A DNA stretch of 64,000 nt from Mobula hypostoma (GCF_963921235.1 NC_086101.1:4900001-4964000), one strand, 5' to 3'; numbered from the stretch's first letter, positions 49,578-62,519 are shown. Translations and numbers: made by a program. Notes: a model not told the origin generated them from the letters alone.

Positions 49578-50901
49578 GTTACAGGGACCTGCTCTATGCA
49601 GCAGCCTCCACTCCAGATCCCCAAGGTGCATGAGAAGAACTCCCTCATAAAGACACTTCCACTGGGGACCCCCTTCACCTCCGGGTGGAAAGACAGCCCA
49701 CTGTGGCATGTCGGGACGGTGGACAAGGGCTAGGAAGTGGAGGGTGTGGAGCAGCAGCCCACACAGGTACCTCCTACTCATGGGATTGTAGGTGTTGATG
49801 AGAGACGGCTCAAGTTGTGTGGGCTCGGCTCTCGGATAAGATTGCGGGGCCCGGGCCTGACAAGCAGCTCCGGTGGTGCAAAGGGAGCCCAGCCGGAGTC
49901 ACTCCACACTCCTGAGCCGCACTGACATCCATTGTGGCAGGGTAGGGGTCAGCCCGGACTACGCCCTCTGCCAGAGGAGTGGATTGCTGGCCTGAAGCAA
50001 CCATGTTCCAGACTCTCAGTAGATCCTGATAGAAACCGGGCAGACTCCGCAAAGCAGCACGGCTGATGCCCGCCGGCGGTAGCCACATCTCTTTTTGAAG
50101 ACAGCAGCCCCTTCGGAGAAAATGGGATGCCAACACGTACCACCTGGGAGGGTGCTCAGCATACAGGAATCTCTGCAGGGTCCCGAGGTGGAGAGCTGCC
50201 AGTCGCGTACAGACACAAAGGGGACTATGGAGCCTTGAGGGAGGAGCTGGCCAAAGTTGACTGGAACGATACCCTAGCGGGGATGACAGTGGAACAACAA
50301 TGGCAGGTATTTCTGGGAATAATACAGCTGGGCCATGACTTTCGTCTCCAGGTCCCGCCAATTCGCTAGCCAGGTCTTCCCAGAAGGACTCAGGTAGACT
50401 CCCAGATAGAGGAGATGCCTGGTGCTCCACTCAAAAGCTCTCATCTCCTCCAGCAGGGAGTCCACCTGCCACTGACCCACCAAAAGTCCGGAACATTTCG
50501 CCCAGTTGTTCCTAGCAGAGAACGCTGCCGAGAAAACTTCCTGGCACTCGCGCATCCTCCGCAGGTCACTGGGATCTGTCATCCTCAGGAGCATGTTGTT
50601 AGCGTAGGCCGAGAGGACGACCTCCATGTCCGGTTCGTCAGCCTCTGCCAAAGAAGGCACAGGAATGGTTCGACACAGATCGCATACAACTGGCCGGACA
50701 TAGGGCACCTCTGACGTACACCTCTTCTAAAGGGAATGGGTTCCTTGCCTGGGTTGACCATGAACTGACCCTGCAAACCCTTCCTTGCCTTTCAAGGACC
50801 GTTCCTGTTTCAGTTGTCTGTACACCACCCTCGCCAGGACATCACCCTGACCTTTACATTGCAGAAACGTCCCCACCCCGAGCGGAACGGAGGCCACGTA
50901 C

Positions 50902-51009
50902 CTTCTCAAGCTTCCTCAGCTGTCCAGCCAGCTTGGCAGAGAAGGCATTGAGCCTCTTGGTCTCGGCGTGGTCCAGGATACCCTGAAGGTTGGCAGCCAT
51001 TGCCTGGAT
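50902..51009 (-). CDS. OLFML2-family coiled-coil exon, 108 bp, phase 0-0, IQAMAANLQGILDHAETKRLNAFSAKLAGQLRKLEK
   Basis: Acceptor cctgcccacag, donor AAG|gtacgt. Size and the ..KL.G...KLE. ending match the recalled OLFML2 exon 3. Not in the supplied ORF track in this frame. Confidence 0.85.
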
Positions 51010-51230
51010 CTGTGGGCAGGAGGAGCCACGTCAGGCAGAGATAGTGGGAGCACCAACCACCTCCCAACCTCTCTCTCAGAGGGCAGTCACTACCAAGTGT
51101 CTGAGTATTCCTGGGAATGAAAAGGTTAATGTATGACGAGTGTTTGATGACTCTGGGCCTGTACTCCCTGGCATTTAGAATGGGGGGAGGGTGGAATCTC
51201 ATTGAAATCTATCAAATATTGAAAGGGCTA

Positions 51231-51530
51231 GATAGAGTGGATGTGAAGAGGATATTTCCTATGGCAGGGGAGTCTAGGACCAGAGGACACAGATAGAGTG
51301 GATGTGGAAAGGATGTTTCCTATGGTGGGGGAGTCTAGGACCAGAGGACACAGATAGAGTGGACGTGGAGAGGACGTTTCCTATAGTGGGGGAGTCTAGG
51401 ACCAGAGGACACAGATAGAGTGGATGTGGAGAGGATGTTTCCTGTAGTGGGGTAGTCTAGGACCACAGATAGAGTGGATGTGGAGAGGATGTTTCCTATT
51501 GTGGGGTAGTCTAGGACCAGAGGGCACAGC
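51231..51530 (+). repeat. Tandem repeat of a 61-bp CR1 segment, about 5 copies, within a CR1 3' fragment (51100-51810)
   Basis: GATAGAGTGGATGTGGA.AGGATGTTTCCTAT.GTGGGG.AGTCTAGGACCAGAGGACACA starting at 51231, 51292, 51353, 51414 and 51468. Confidence 0.9.
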
Positions 51531-51954
51531 CTCAGAATTGAGAGACATCCATTTGAACAGAGATGAGGAGGAATTTCTTTAGCCAGAGGGTGGTGAATCT
51601 GTGGAATTCATTGCCACAAACGGCTGAGGAGGCCAAGTCATTGGGTATATTTAAAGTGGAGGTTGATAAGATTATTGATTAGTCAGGACATCAAAGGTTA
51701 CGGGAGAAGGCAGGAAAGTGGGGTTCAGAGGGATAATAAATCAGCCGCGATGGAATGGTGGAGCAGTATTGATGGGCTGAATGGCCTAATTCTGCTCCTA
51801 TGTCTTATGATAAATAACACTACAAAGGAGAGGGTGGGAAGTGAAGAAAAGTGACCAGAGTGGAAGGAGAGGGGGCTAGGAGGAACTGTGGAGACATTGA
51901 GGAGGGTTGTAGGAGGAGAGGGGATGGAGAGGGGGAGGAAAGGACCATCATAAA

Positions 51955-52420
51955 CAGGTGCTGGAAATCCTCGGTAAAACACACAAAATGCTGCAGGTAC
52001 TCAGCTGGCCAGGCAGCATCTGTGGGAACGAATAAACAGTCAACGTTTTGGGCCAAGAGCCTTCACCATGGCTGGAAAGGAGGGGGGAGGAAGCCAGAAT
52101 AAGGTGGTGGGGGCAGTGGGGAGTTGTACCAGCTGGCAGCCAATAGGTGAGGCCAGGTGAGTGGGGGGGGGAGATAAAGTAAGAAGCTGGGGGTGATAGG
52201 TGGAAGAGCTGGAAGAATGAGGAATCTGATAGGAGAGGAGAGTGGACCGAGGGTGAAAGTGAACCAGAGGGAGGAGATGGGCAGATGAGGAGGGGCGAGA
52301 GGTGAACCAGAAAGGGGAATGGAAGAAGAGTGAATGGGGTGGGGTATGAACAGAGGTTAGAGAAATCGATTGTTGTGCCATCAGGTTGGACGATATGAGG
52401 TGTTACATCTCCAGCCTGAA
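51955..52420 (-). mobile_element. Penelope-like 3' terminal fragment
   Basis: Terminal unit and purine-rich tract as in the other copies. Confidence 0.6.
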
Positions 52421-53084
52421 AGGGGGAAGTCAGACCGAATGGGGGGCATCAGGAGATCCAGCCCTCTCCGGCAGGCGGACCGAAGAAGCTCGAGGGAACA
52501 TCAGTTCCCCAGCCACTGCAGGTTTTTCCCAGGAGTGATGACCTGTCTCTGGTCCCCAGTTTTCCTACATCCTCCACCGTACATCCACATCGTCCAGTTA
52601 AATGTTTCCTTTCTACAGTGGGCCAGCTCTCCTACCTCCCTACCCACCCTCCTCCTCTGATCTCCTTCCTCCACCCTCACCTCATTCTCCACATTTCCCT
52701 CCACCATCCCCCTCCCTGGATCTCCCTTCCCCACCCTCCTCTCCTATACTTGCTTGACCTCCATTGTCATTGTCCTCCTGTCTCTTCTGCCCTGAACTGC
52801 CCTCTTCTTCCCCCCTCCCATCCCCGGTCCTCTGCCAACCTCTTCTTCCCACCTTGGTTCCAACATCCCACCCTTACCTCCTTACTGGGGGGAAAGATAT
52901 ATATTGGCTTTGGACCTGGTGCAGAGGAGGTTCACCAGGTTGATGGTGGAGAGAGGATTCTGCCAGGAGAGTTTGAGTCACTATATTCTCTGGAGTTAAG
53001 AATTCACAAGGGGAGATCATATAGAAGCATTTCATTATGGAAGAGATAGAGACAGGAAAGTTATTTCCATTGGTAAGTCAGAAT

Positions 53085-54025
53085 CAGAATCAGAATCAGG
53101 TTTATTATCACCGACATGTGACGTGAAATTTGTTAACTGAGCAGCAGCAGTTCAATGCAATACATAATCCAGAAAAAATAGTAATAAATAAAATAAAAAG
53201 TGATAAATAAACAAGTAAATAAATTATGTATATTGAATAGATTTTTGAAAAACATGTAAAAACAGGAATACTGACTATTAAAAAAATGTGAGGTAGTGTC
53301 CAAAGATTCAATGTCCATTTAGGAATCGGATGGCAGAGGGGAAGAAGCTGTTCCTGAATCACTGAGTGTGTGCCTTCAGGCTTCTGTATCTCCTACCTGA
53401 TGGTAACAGTGAGAAAAGGGCATGCCCTGGGTGCTGGAGGTCCTTAATAATGGACGTTGCCTTTCTGAGACACCGCTCCCTGAAGATGTCCTGGGTACTT
53501 TGTAGGCTAGTACCCAAGATGGAGCCCACTAGATTTACAACCTTCTGCAGCTTCTTTCGGTCCTGTGCAGTAGTCCCTCCATACCAGACAGTGATGCAGC
53601 CTGTCAGAATGCTCTCCACGGTACAACTATAGAAGTTTCTGAGTGTATTTGTTGACATGCCAAATCTCTTCAAACCCCTAATAAAGTATAGCGGCTATCT
53701 TGCCTTCTTTATGACTACATCGATATGTTGAGACCAGGTTAGATCCTCACAGATCTTGACACCCAGGAACTTGAAGCTGCTCACTCTCTCCACTTCCGAT
53801 CCCTCTACGAGGATTGATATGTGTTCCTTCGTCTTACCCTTCCTGAAATCCACAATCTGCTCTTTCGTCTCACTGACGTTGAGTGCCAGGTTGTTGCTGT
53901 GGCACCACTCCACTAGTTGGCATATCTCAGTCCTGTACACCCTCTCGTCACCACCTGAGATTCTACCAACGATGGTTGTATCATCAGCAAATTTATAGAT
54001 GGTATTTGAGCTATGCCTAGCCAAT
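53085..54025 (-). mobile_element. 5'-truncated Rex1/Babar LINE
   Basis: YKFADDTTIVG, WC.SNNLALNV, FKFLGV, FYSCTVESILTGCITVWYG, LLPSGRRYRS and a (CTGATT)n tail. Confidence 0.88.
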
Positions 54026-54949
54026 GCCTATGCATATGCCTAGACTAGAACAATAGTCTTTTATGAGAGTCTTAGATAGATTCATGGAGCTTAGAAAAAT
54101 AGATGGCAATGTGCTGGGGTAATTCTAGGCAGTCTTGAGAGTAGTTACATGGTCGGTACAACATTGAGGGCCGAAGGGCCTGTAATGCACTGCACATTTC
54201 TATGTTCAATGTTCTAGAACAAGGGGACACAACCTCAAGGTTCAAGGAATAAATTTAGGATAGAGATGAAGAGAGATTGCTTTTCCAAGAGAGGCGTGAG
54301 CCTATGGGACTCTCAGCTGCAGGAAGCAGTAGAGGTACCTCATTAAATTTATTAAAGACGGATTTAGCGGAATTAAGGATTTTGGGGAAAAGGGAGGGAG
54401 ATGGAGTTGAGTCCACGGCCAAACCAGCCATGGTCTCATTAAATGCCAACATCTCCGAAGTTCTACCCTGAGCCCAACATATTGGTGTAATTATGAAGAA
54501 GAGATCACAGCAGCTATATTTAATTGCAAGTTTGAGGGGATTTGGTGTTTCGACAGACCAGGTGGCCTACTCCTGCTCCTACTTCATATGTTCTTATGTT
54601 CTTTCAGCCCTCCTGATTTCCTCCTCCAGCGCTCTGTTGCATTTGTTATACTGACGCACCTCATTTGTTCCTTGCTATCTACACCTGCAATACACTTCCT
54701 TGTTTTACATAACCAGGGCCTCAATATCTCTCTAAACCTGCTATCTTTCCCGTTTATTCTGACAGGAACATACAAACTCTGTTCTCTCAATTTCACTTCT
54801 GAAGACCTCCCACTTACCAAGTACACCTTTGCCAGAAAACAGCCTGTCCCAATCTAAACTTGATACGGGCCACTGTTGTTTGCATCAGCCTTCACCCCCC
54901 CCGTGCTGTGTCCCAGGCACCGGACCCAGTGCGTCTGCGTCCGCGGCAC

Positions 54950-55520
54950 TGGGAGCTTCATCAGGAAGTTAGGTTGCAGCTTTATAAAACTCCAGCTAGC
55001 CACATCTGGAGTACCATGTACGCTTCTGGTCTCCCCACTATGGGAAGGATGCTGAGGCTTTGGAGAGGGTGCAGAAGAGGTTTGCCAGGCTGCTGCCTGG
55101 TTTAGAGGGCACGTGCTATCATGAGAGGCTGGACAAACATGTTTTCTACACTGGTGGAGGCCGAGGGAGATCTGATAGAGTTTTATAATATTATAAGAGG
55201 GATAGATAGAGTAGGCAGACAGGGTGGAAATGTCTGGTACCAGAGGGTAAGGTGAGGGGGTAATTTCAAAGGAGATGTGAGGGGCAAGTTTTTTTTTTAC
55301 ACAGAGAGTGGTGGGTGTCTGGAATGCACTGCCTGAGGTGGTGGGAGAGGCAGATATTTCAGGGACTTTTAAGAGACGTTTAGATAAGTGCATGAATGTG
55401 AAGAAAATAGAAGGATGTGGACATTGTGTAGGCAGAAGGGATGAGTTCTGGCCATTTAATTTAATTGGAACAGCACAACGTTCTGGGCTGAATGGTCGGT
55501 TTCTGTGCCGTACAGTTCTT
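54950..55520 (+). mobile_element. CR1 3' fragment
   Basis: LQLYKT..HLEY, FFTQRVVGVWNALP. Confidence 0.75.
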
Positions 55521-55542
55521 TGCTTTGAGTCTATATACTTAC

Positions 55543-55773
55543 TGTGACCAGGTCCAGCGTTGGTGCCCGGGGTCTGGCCTCCCACTGCTCGCCCGCCGTC
55601 CCGCATGGCTCAACGCTGCAGTCACACTTGCACTTTGACCCTTGACCGAGTGCCTCCTGAGGGCGGGACCCCCCGACCCGGCCACCACTCGGCTGAGCCG
55701 TGGAAACGTGCGGCGTGACCGAGCACTGACCGAGGCAGACGTGCTCCTCCAGCCCCCTGGACTCAGCACTGAC
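55543..55773 (-). CDS. OLFML2-family Cys-rich N-terminal exon, 231 bp, phase 0-0, VSAESRGLEEHVCLGQCSV...GSKCKCDCSVEPC...DLVT
   Basis: CxCxC motif of the olfactomedin-family multimerisation region. Acceptor ccccatcaag, donor ACA|gtaagt. Confidence 0.85.
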
Positions 55774-56461
55774 CTTGATGGGGCAAATGGAAAACAACAG
55801 CAGTCAAACTAGCCATTTGGCCCATCTAGTCTGTGTTGAGTTTTACAGCCAACCCACCCTGTTCGTCTACCGCCCTACCCCACCCCCACATGCCAGAACC
55901 ACAGATGAACAGGCCCTCCCCCACCATATTAGACCATAAAACACGGGAACAGAATTCGGCCAACCAGCCCAGCAACTCTGGTCTGATTTATTATCCCTCT
56001 CAACCCTTGCAACTTTTGACACCCTGACTAATTGAGAACCTATCAACCTCCACTTTAAATACACCCAGTCATTTGACCTCCACAGATTCACCACCCACTG
56101 GCTAAAGAAAGTCCCCTTCATCTCTGTTTTGGCAAGTGGCTAGTTTAGAGGAAAAACTTTTTCACCCGGAGAGTTGTGGATCTGTGGAATGCTCTGCCTC
56201 AGAGGGCAGTGGAGGCCAATTGTCTGGTTGCTTTCAAAAAGAGTTAGATAGAGCTCTTAATGATAGCAGAGACAAGGGATATGGGAAGAAGGCAGGAACA
56301 GGGTACTGATTGTGGATGATCAGCCATGATCACAGTGAATGGTGGTGCTGGCTCGAAGGGCCGAATGGCCTACTCCTGCACCTATTGCCAATCGTTCTAA
56401 TGGGATGTCCTTCTATTCTGAGGGTGTGTCCTCTGGTCCTGGACCCCCCCCCCACTATAGG

Positions 56462-57009
56462 AAACCTCCTCTCCACACCCACTCTATCTAAACCCCCTCT
56501 CCACACCCACTCTATCTAAACCCCCTCTCCGCACCCACTCTATCTAAACCCCCTCTCCGCACCCACTCTATCTAAACCCCCTCTCCGCGCCCACTCAATC
56601 TAAACCCCCTCTCCGCGCCCACCCTATCTAAACCCCCTCTCCGCGCCCACTCTATCTAAACCTCCTCTCCGCGCCCACTCTATCTAAACCTCCTCTCCAC
56701 ACCCACTCTATCTAAACCCCCTCTCCACGCCCACTCTATCTAAACCCCCTCTCCACGCCCACTCTATCTAAACCCCCTCTCCACGCTCACCCTATCTAAA
56801 CCCCCTCTCCACGCCCACCCTATCCAAACCCCCTCTCCACGCCCACCCTATCTAAACCCCCTCTCCGAGCCCACCCTATCTAAACCCCCTCTCCGCGCCC
56901 ACCCTATCTAAACCCCCTCTCCGCGCCCACCCTATCTAAACCCCCTCTCCGCGCCCACTCTATCTAAACCCCCTCTCCGCGCCAACTCTATCTAAACCTC
57001 CTCTCCGCG
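56462..57009. repeat. C-rich minisatellite, 28-bp unit, about 19 copies, CR1-derived
   Basis: Unit CTCCRCRCCCACTCTATCTAAACCCCCT, continuing directly from a minus-strand CR1 fragment. Confidence 0.95.
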
Positions 57010-57039
57010 GTTCCCATCAGAGGGGAGGAGAATAGATTG

Positions 57040-57762
57040 ATGGTGATTGCTGTATCACACAGAGGGGAGGATGGTAGGCAGATAATTGGTGAGCGCTGTA
57101 TTACACAGAGGGGAGGGTGGTAGGGTGTTAATTGGTGATTGCTGTACCACACAGAGGGGAGGATGGTAGGGTGATAATTAGTTACCGCTGTATTACACAG
57201 AGGGGAGGTTGGTAGGGTGATAATTAGTTACCGCTGTATTACACAGAGGGGAGGATGGTGGGGTGATAATTGGTGAACACTGTATTACACAGAGGGGAGG
57301 ATGGTAGGGTGATAATTGGTGAGTGATGTATTACACAGGGGGGAGGATGGTAGGGTGATAATTGGTGAACACTGTATTACACAGAGGGGAGGATGGTGGG
57401 TGATAATTGGTGAGTGATGTATTACACAGGGGGGAGGATGGTAGGGTGATAATTGGTGAGTGATGTATTACACAGGGGGGAGGATGGTAGGGTGATAATT
57501 GGTGAACACTATTACACAGAGGGGAGGATGGTGGGTGATAATTGGTGAACACTGTATTACACAGAGGGGAGGATGGTGGGTGATAATTGGTTAGCGCTGT
57601 ATTACGCAGGGGAGGATGGTAGGGTGATAATTGGTTAGCGCTGTATTACACAGAGGGGAGGATGATAGGGTGGTAATTGGTGAACACTGTATTACACAGA
57701 GGGGAGGACGGTAGGGTGGTAATTGGTGAACACTGTATTACACAGAGGGAGGATGGTAGGCT
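57040..57762. repeat. G-rich minisatellite, ~46-bp unit, about 16 copies
   Basis: Unit ACACAGAGGGGAGGATGGTAGGGTGATAATTGGTGAACACTGTATT. Confidence 0.95.
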
Positions 57763-57949
57763 GATGAGGAGCGTGAAGTGTGTTTTCTGAGCTTTGAATA
57801 GACTCGCCCAACTTCTGCTGTGACGTCAGCCTCTCCGCCCCAAATTACCTTTCCCAACTTCCCCTTATGAGCCACCGACTGACTTATGGGAGCAAACAAA
57901 ATCTACCGCTGTAGTAGAAAGTTGGAGGGAAATATTCATTCTAAAGACG

Positions 57950-60900
57950 GCTCAGTGAGGCAATTTTTGAAGGGGAGGTGTGATACGGAAGAGAAGGATT
58001 CGATGACTACGCCTACAGACAATTCTGATGAGGTTAATGATGAAGAATTACAATCTTCCGAGTCACTTCACTGCAGTAGTGCAACAACGGACACAAAAAG
58101 TCAGTCTTTACAATGAAAACTGCTTATCAATGGGTTTTACATGGACTGGTGATCCAAATTATCCTATTCCATTGTGCCTAGTCTGTGGCAAACAACTTAC
58201 AAATGTAGCAATGGCTCCAGCAAAATTGAAAAGACACTTAACTACAAATCACAGCCATATGACTCATAAAAGTGCTGATTATTTTAAACTGCTGTTGGAA
58301 TCTGAAAACAGAGTAAAAATTTTGTTAATAAAATCACAGCCAGTAAAAATATCCAGGAAATTATTTATTTAGTAACAGAACTTATTACCAAGAAAAGGAA
58401 AAGTCACACAGTTGGTAAGAACCTAATAATGCCAGCATGTAAAATTATTGTGGGTAAAATGCTAGGCCAAGATGCAGTGTGAGAAATTGAAAGGGTTTCA
58501 CTCTCAAACAGTACAATAAGTTGACGTATTGATGACATGTCACATGATGCTGAAGTTTTTGTGTGATAAACTGAAAAACAACAGCTCCTTTATCCACATT
58601 GATGAGTCAACAGATTTCACCAATGGTCACTTCTAACACCATAAATCAGCAAGTTTCTTTGTTATGTCTCCCCTCTCGCTGTGAAACGTGGACACTTCTT
58701 TTTCCCTTATTGGTGAAAGAGACAGAGCCTGTGTTATGTCAAATTACAGGGTGAAAGAATAGTCTTTGGGGTACTGCAAGTCTTTGTCTTTATTGGTGCT
58801 TTGCTGCACGCTTGAGTGCTCGGTGGGGGGGAGCGCAGATGCTTTTCTGCTGGGGGTCATTGCTTTGCTGCTGCTTATGTGTGGGAGGGGGAGCTGGGGG
58901 GTTTGGGATTCTAACATTTAACTGTCATTCATACTCTATACTTTGGGGCACTTCTCTGTTTTCATGGATGTATAAAAGAGTTTCAGGATGTATATTATAT
59001 ACATTTCTCTGACATTAAATGTACCCATTGAAACCTATTATATCATTTGTAAAATTTGTAAATGATGGTGCAATTCAAGAAAACTTTCTGTTGCAAACAG
59101 CTGACTGAAACAATCAAAGGCCAAGATGTACTTAATGTTTTGTTTCATATCTGGAAACAAAAGGTCTGTCTTGGAGGAACTGTGTTGGCATCTGTCCTGG
59201 TGGTGCCCCATCAATGGTTGGCTCTGTGAGAGGTTTAGTTTCTCTTATAAAAAAAGAAAATCCTGACGTTGTCACAACACATTGTCTTCCTCACAGAGGG
59301 GTGCTGATGTCAGAAACTCTTGGAGATGAAATGAGCGAAGTTCTGGACGATGCTACAAAAATGGTTAACCTTATTAAACAAAGAGTTGAGAATGTTTAAA
59401 AGACTGTGTGAAAACCTAAACAAAGAGCAGACCGATCTCCTGCTACAGACAGAAATCCAGTGGCTTAGCAGTGGAAAAGTTCTCAACAGGGTATTTGTGC
59501 TGAAAGGTGAATTGCAGGAGGACTTTCAGGAAAATAGTCGGCCAGATTTTGCTGAGTGCTTTGAAGATGAAGAATGGCTGCACAAACTAACCCACTTAGC
59601 AGACATTTTTCATCATACAGTCTGAACCAGTTGAACAAGTCTCTGCAAGGCCATGGAGAAAATATTTTGACTTCAAGTGAGAAGATTCTTGGATTTAAAA
59701 CAAAAGAGAATCTTTGGAGCAATCATGTTGCAAAAGGAATCTTGAAATGTTTCCAGTGCTGTTTGGGGTTGAGAGTGAGGAAGGTTATCAAAAAGTCTGG
59801 AGTCTTATTGAAAACCACCTGGAATAACTTCAGAACAAAATTAAACAGCATTTTTCCTCCCTTTCAACACAAGTGTATGGGGTGAGGAACCCTTTCTCTG
59901 AATCTTCTGCTCAGCCTGAGAACGTCAAGAGCAGAGGAAGAACTTTGTGAGCTGCAGTCTGATCATGCACTCAAGATGAGATTTACTGACCTGCCCCTGG
60001 ACAAGTTCTGGATTTCTGTGAAAGAAGAGTATCTTGCCATTCATAGGAAAGCAATGAATATTTTGCTGCAGTTTTCAACTTCTAACATGTGTGAGCAAGC
60101 TTTTTTTGTTGAACAAGCATCAAGAGCAAGGATAGAGATCGTTTCATTACAGTTGAAGGTGAAATCCGTGTGTGCTTATCTCAAGTGCAACCCAGAATTG
60201 AGTATTTGTGCAGCAAAATACAAGCAGAGGTTTCACATGCTGGGCCTATATTTGAACCTACTTCAGCCATGTCACTGAGTAAGAAAATGTTTTTTCAAAG
60301 TTTTGTATAAAATTGTGCCTTAGGCTATATTTTCATTCATATTGCTTTGGCTTATGGTTTTTAGTAACTTCACTATTCAACATTGTCAATAAATTTTCAT
60401 GTTGCATATAGTTTTAATTAAAATCAATTTACAACCTTTATTTAAATTAAATCCACTGAGCCTACCTCTGGAAAAATTAAATCTCATTTCGGCTTAAACC
60501 AGTTATTTAACAGAAATTTATTATGTTTGTCTTTTGAGTTTTCAAAATTTATGAAAGGGAAAGAAAGATTAATTTCAAGAAAGGTAAGCTAACTTTAACT
60601 ATCTGTTTTCTTTTCAAGAAAAGTTGGCTAAAAATTCATCCTCTAAAAAAGTATTGGCAATTATTTTTGAATTATTGTATCTACAATTTACTGATCACTG
60701 TAATGTACTGTGAGCTGTAGATATAATCTTTTATAGAACATAGAATAGTACAGCACAGTACAGGCCCTTCGCCCTACAATGTAGTGCCGACCCTTAAACC
60801 CTGCCTCCCATATAAGCCCCCAACTTAAATTTCTCCGTATACTTGTCTAGTAGTCTCTTAAACTTCACCAGTGTATCTGCCTCCACCACTGACTCAGGCA

Positions 60901-61606
60901 GTGCATTCCACGCACCAACCACTCTCTGAGTAAAAAACCTTCCTCTAATATCCCCCTTGAACTTCCCACCCCTTACCTTAAAGCCACGTCCTCTTGTATT
61001 GAGCAGTGGTGCCCTGGGGAAGAGGCTCTGGCTATCCACTCTATCTATTCCTCTTATTATCTTGTACACCTCTATCATGTCTCCTCTCATCCTCCTTCTC
61101 TCCAAAGAGTAAAGCCCTAGCTTCCTTAATCTCTGATCATAATGCATACTTTCTAAACCAGGCAGCATCCTGGTAAATCTCCTCTGTACCCTTTCCAATG
61201 CTTCCACATCCTTCCTATAGTGAGCTGACCAGAACTGGACACAGTACTCCAAGTGTGGCCTAACCAGAGTTTTATAGAGCTGCATCATCACATCGCGACT
61301 CTTAAACTCTATCCCTCGACTTACGAAAGCTAACACCCCATAAGCTTTCTTAACTACCCTATCCACCTGTGAGGCAACTTTCAGGGATCTGTGGACATGT
61401 ACCCCGAGATCCCTCTGCTCCTCCACACTACCAAGTATCCTGCCGTTTACTTTGTACTCTGCCTTGGAGTTTGTCCTTCCAAAGTGTACCACCTCACACT
61501 TCTCTGGGTTGAACTCCAACTGCCACTTCTTTTGTACACAGAGGTTCCCTGAGACCCGAAAGCTATTTCAAGGTTCCTCCAGGACAAAAAGGGTTGAGAA
61601 AGGTTG
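57950..61606 (+). mobile_element. Decayed hAT Charlie/Buster-type transposon (ZBED5/SCAND3-like transposase pseudogene) with nested insertions
   Basis: BED finger PLCLVCGKQL...KLKRHLTTNH, DESTD, THC..HR, TEIQWLS.GKVL.R and FWI...EY.AI..KA..ILLQFSTS.MCEQAF. Right end AAAAGGGTTGAGAAAGGTTG; left TIR not seen. Confidence 0.85.
60735..61530 (-). mobile_element. Young 5'-truncated CR1 nested in the hAT element
   Basis: Uninterrupted 241-aa C-terminal ORF2 plus 3' tail. Confidence 0.92.
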
Positions 61607-62519
61607 GTCTAGATAAAGTGGATGAGGAGAGCATGTCTCCCATAGCGGGGTGAGCCTAGGTCATGAGGGCACTGCCTCAGAATAGAGGGACGTCCCTTTA
61701 GAATGGAGATGAGGAGGAATTTCTTCAGCCCGAGGGTGGTGAATCTGTGGAATTCGTTGCCACAGACGGCTGTGGAGGTCAAGTTATTGAGTGTATTTAA
61801 AGCGGAGGTTGACAGGTTCTTCATTAGTCAGGATGTCAGAGGTTACGGGGAGAAGGCAGGAGAATGGGGTTGAGAGGGACAATAAATCAGCCATGATGGA
61901 ATGGGGAAGCAGACGCAATGGGCCAACTGACCTAACTCTGGTCTTGTGACTAATATTCAGACTCCATGTATCAGCCTGTGGAAGTGACAGTCCCTGCAGT
62001 GGGAATCAGCCGCATTGTTGAGTGGGGAGAGTACCGATCCCCACCCCTCCTGAGCTGAACCAGCAGTTATGGCTCCCGGGCGATGCTGGACACCTCCCGT
62101 CTGTGCGGGAGTTTTCCTAACTCCAGGCCGACTCTCAGAGTAATAACCACCCAATTCCAAAGCACCCAGACACAGAGAATGGTCAAAGGAGGAGGCTATT
62201 TGGCCTGTTGAATACCTGCCAACCCATAGTAAAGCAACTCCCAACCAAGATACTCCGTTTCAGCTTTATAAAACTCTTATTAAGCCGCATCTGAAGTATT
62301 GCACACGGTTCTGGTCACCCCACTGTAGGAATGGGGCTTTGGAGAGGGCGCACAAGAGGTTTACCAGGATGCTGCCTGGTTTAGAGGGCGTGTGCTCTAA
62401 CGAGAGGGCAGAAAAACTCGAGTTGTTTTCTCTGGAGCAGCGGAGGCTGAGGGGAGACCTGATGGAGGATTATACAATTGTGAGAGGCACAGATAGAGAC
62501 AGTATCTTTTCCTCAGGGT

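Larger units (their letters stand above)
47585..50745 (-). mobile_element. Fragmented Tx1-like (L1-clade) non-LTR retrotransposon with nested insertions
   Basis: GVRQRCPMSGQLYAICVEPFL, VVLSAYA, YLGVYL, DLEWRLLHRA, C-terminal CHFC..KETVYHMYVEC and LLGLAK-like VLGLAKTAI. Interrupted at 47990-48484, 48690-49577 and ~50212-50325. Confidence 0.8.

Noticed and set aside
57950..60240. Possible domesticated ZBED5/SCAND3-like gene
   Set aside because: Multiple stops, frameshifts and nested insertions make it a transposon fossil.
61957..62244. Candidate first (signal-peptide) exon of the OLFML2-family gene
   Set aside because: No convincing hydrophobic signal peptide or clear phase-0 donor. Exon 1 probably lies outside the window or was missed.
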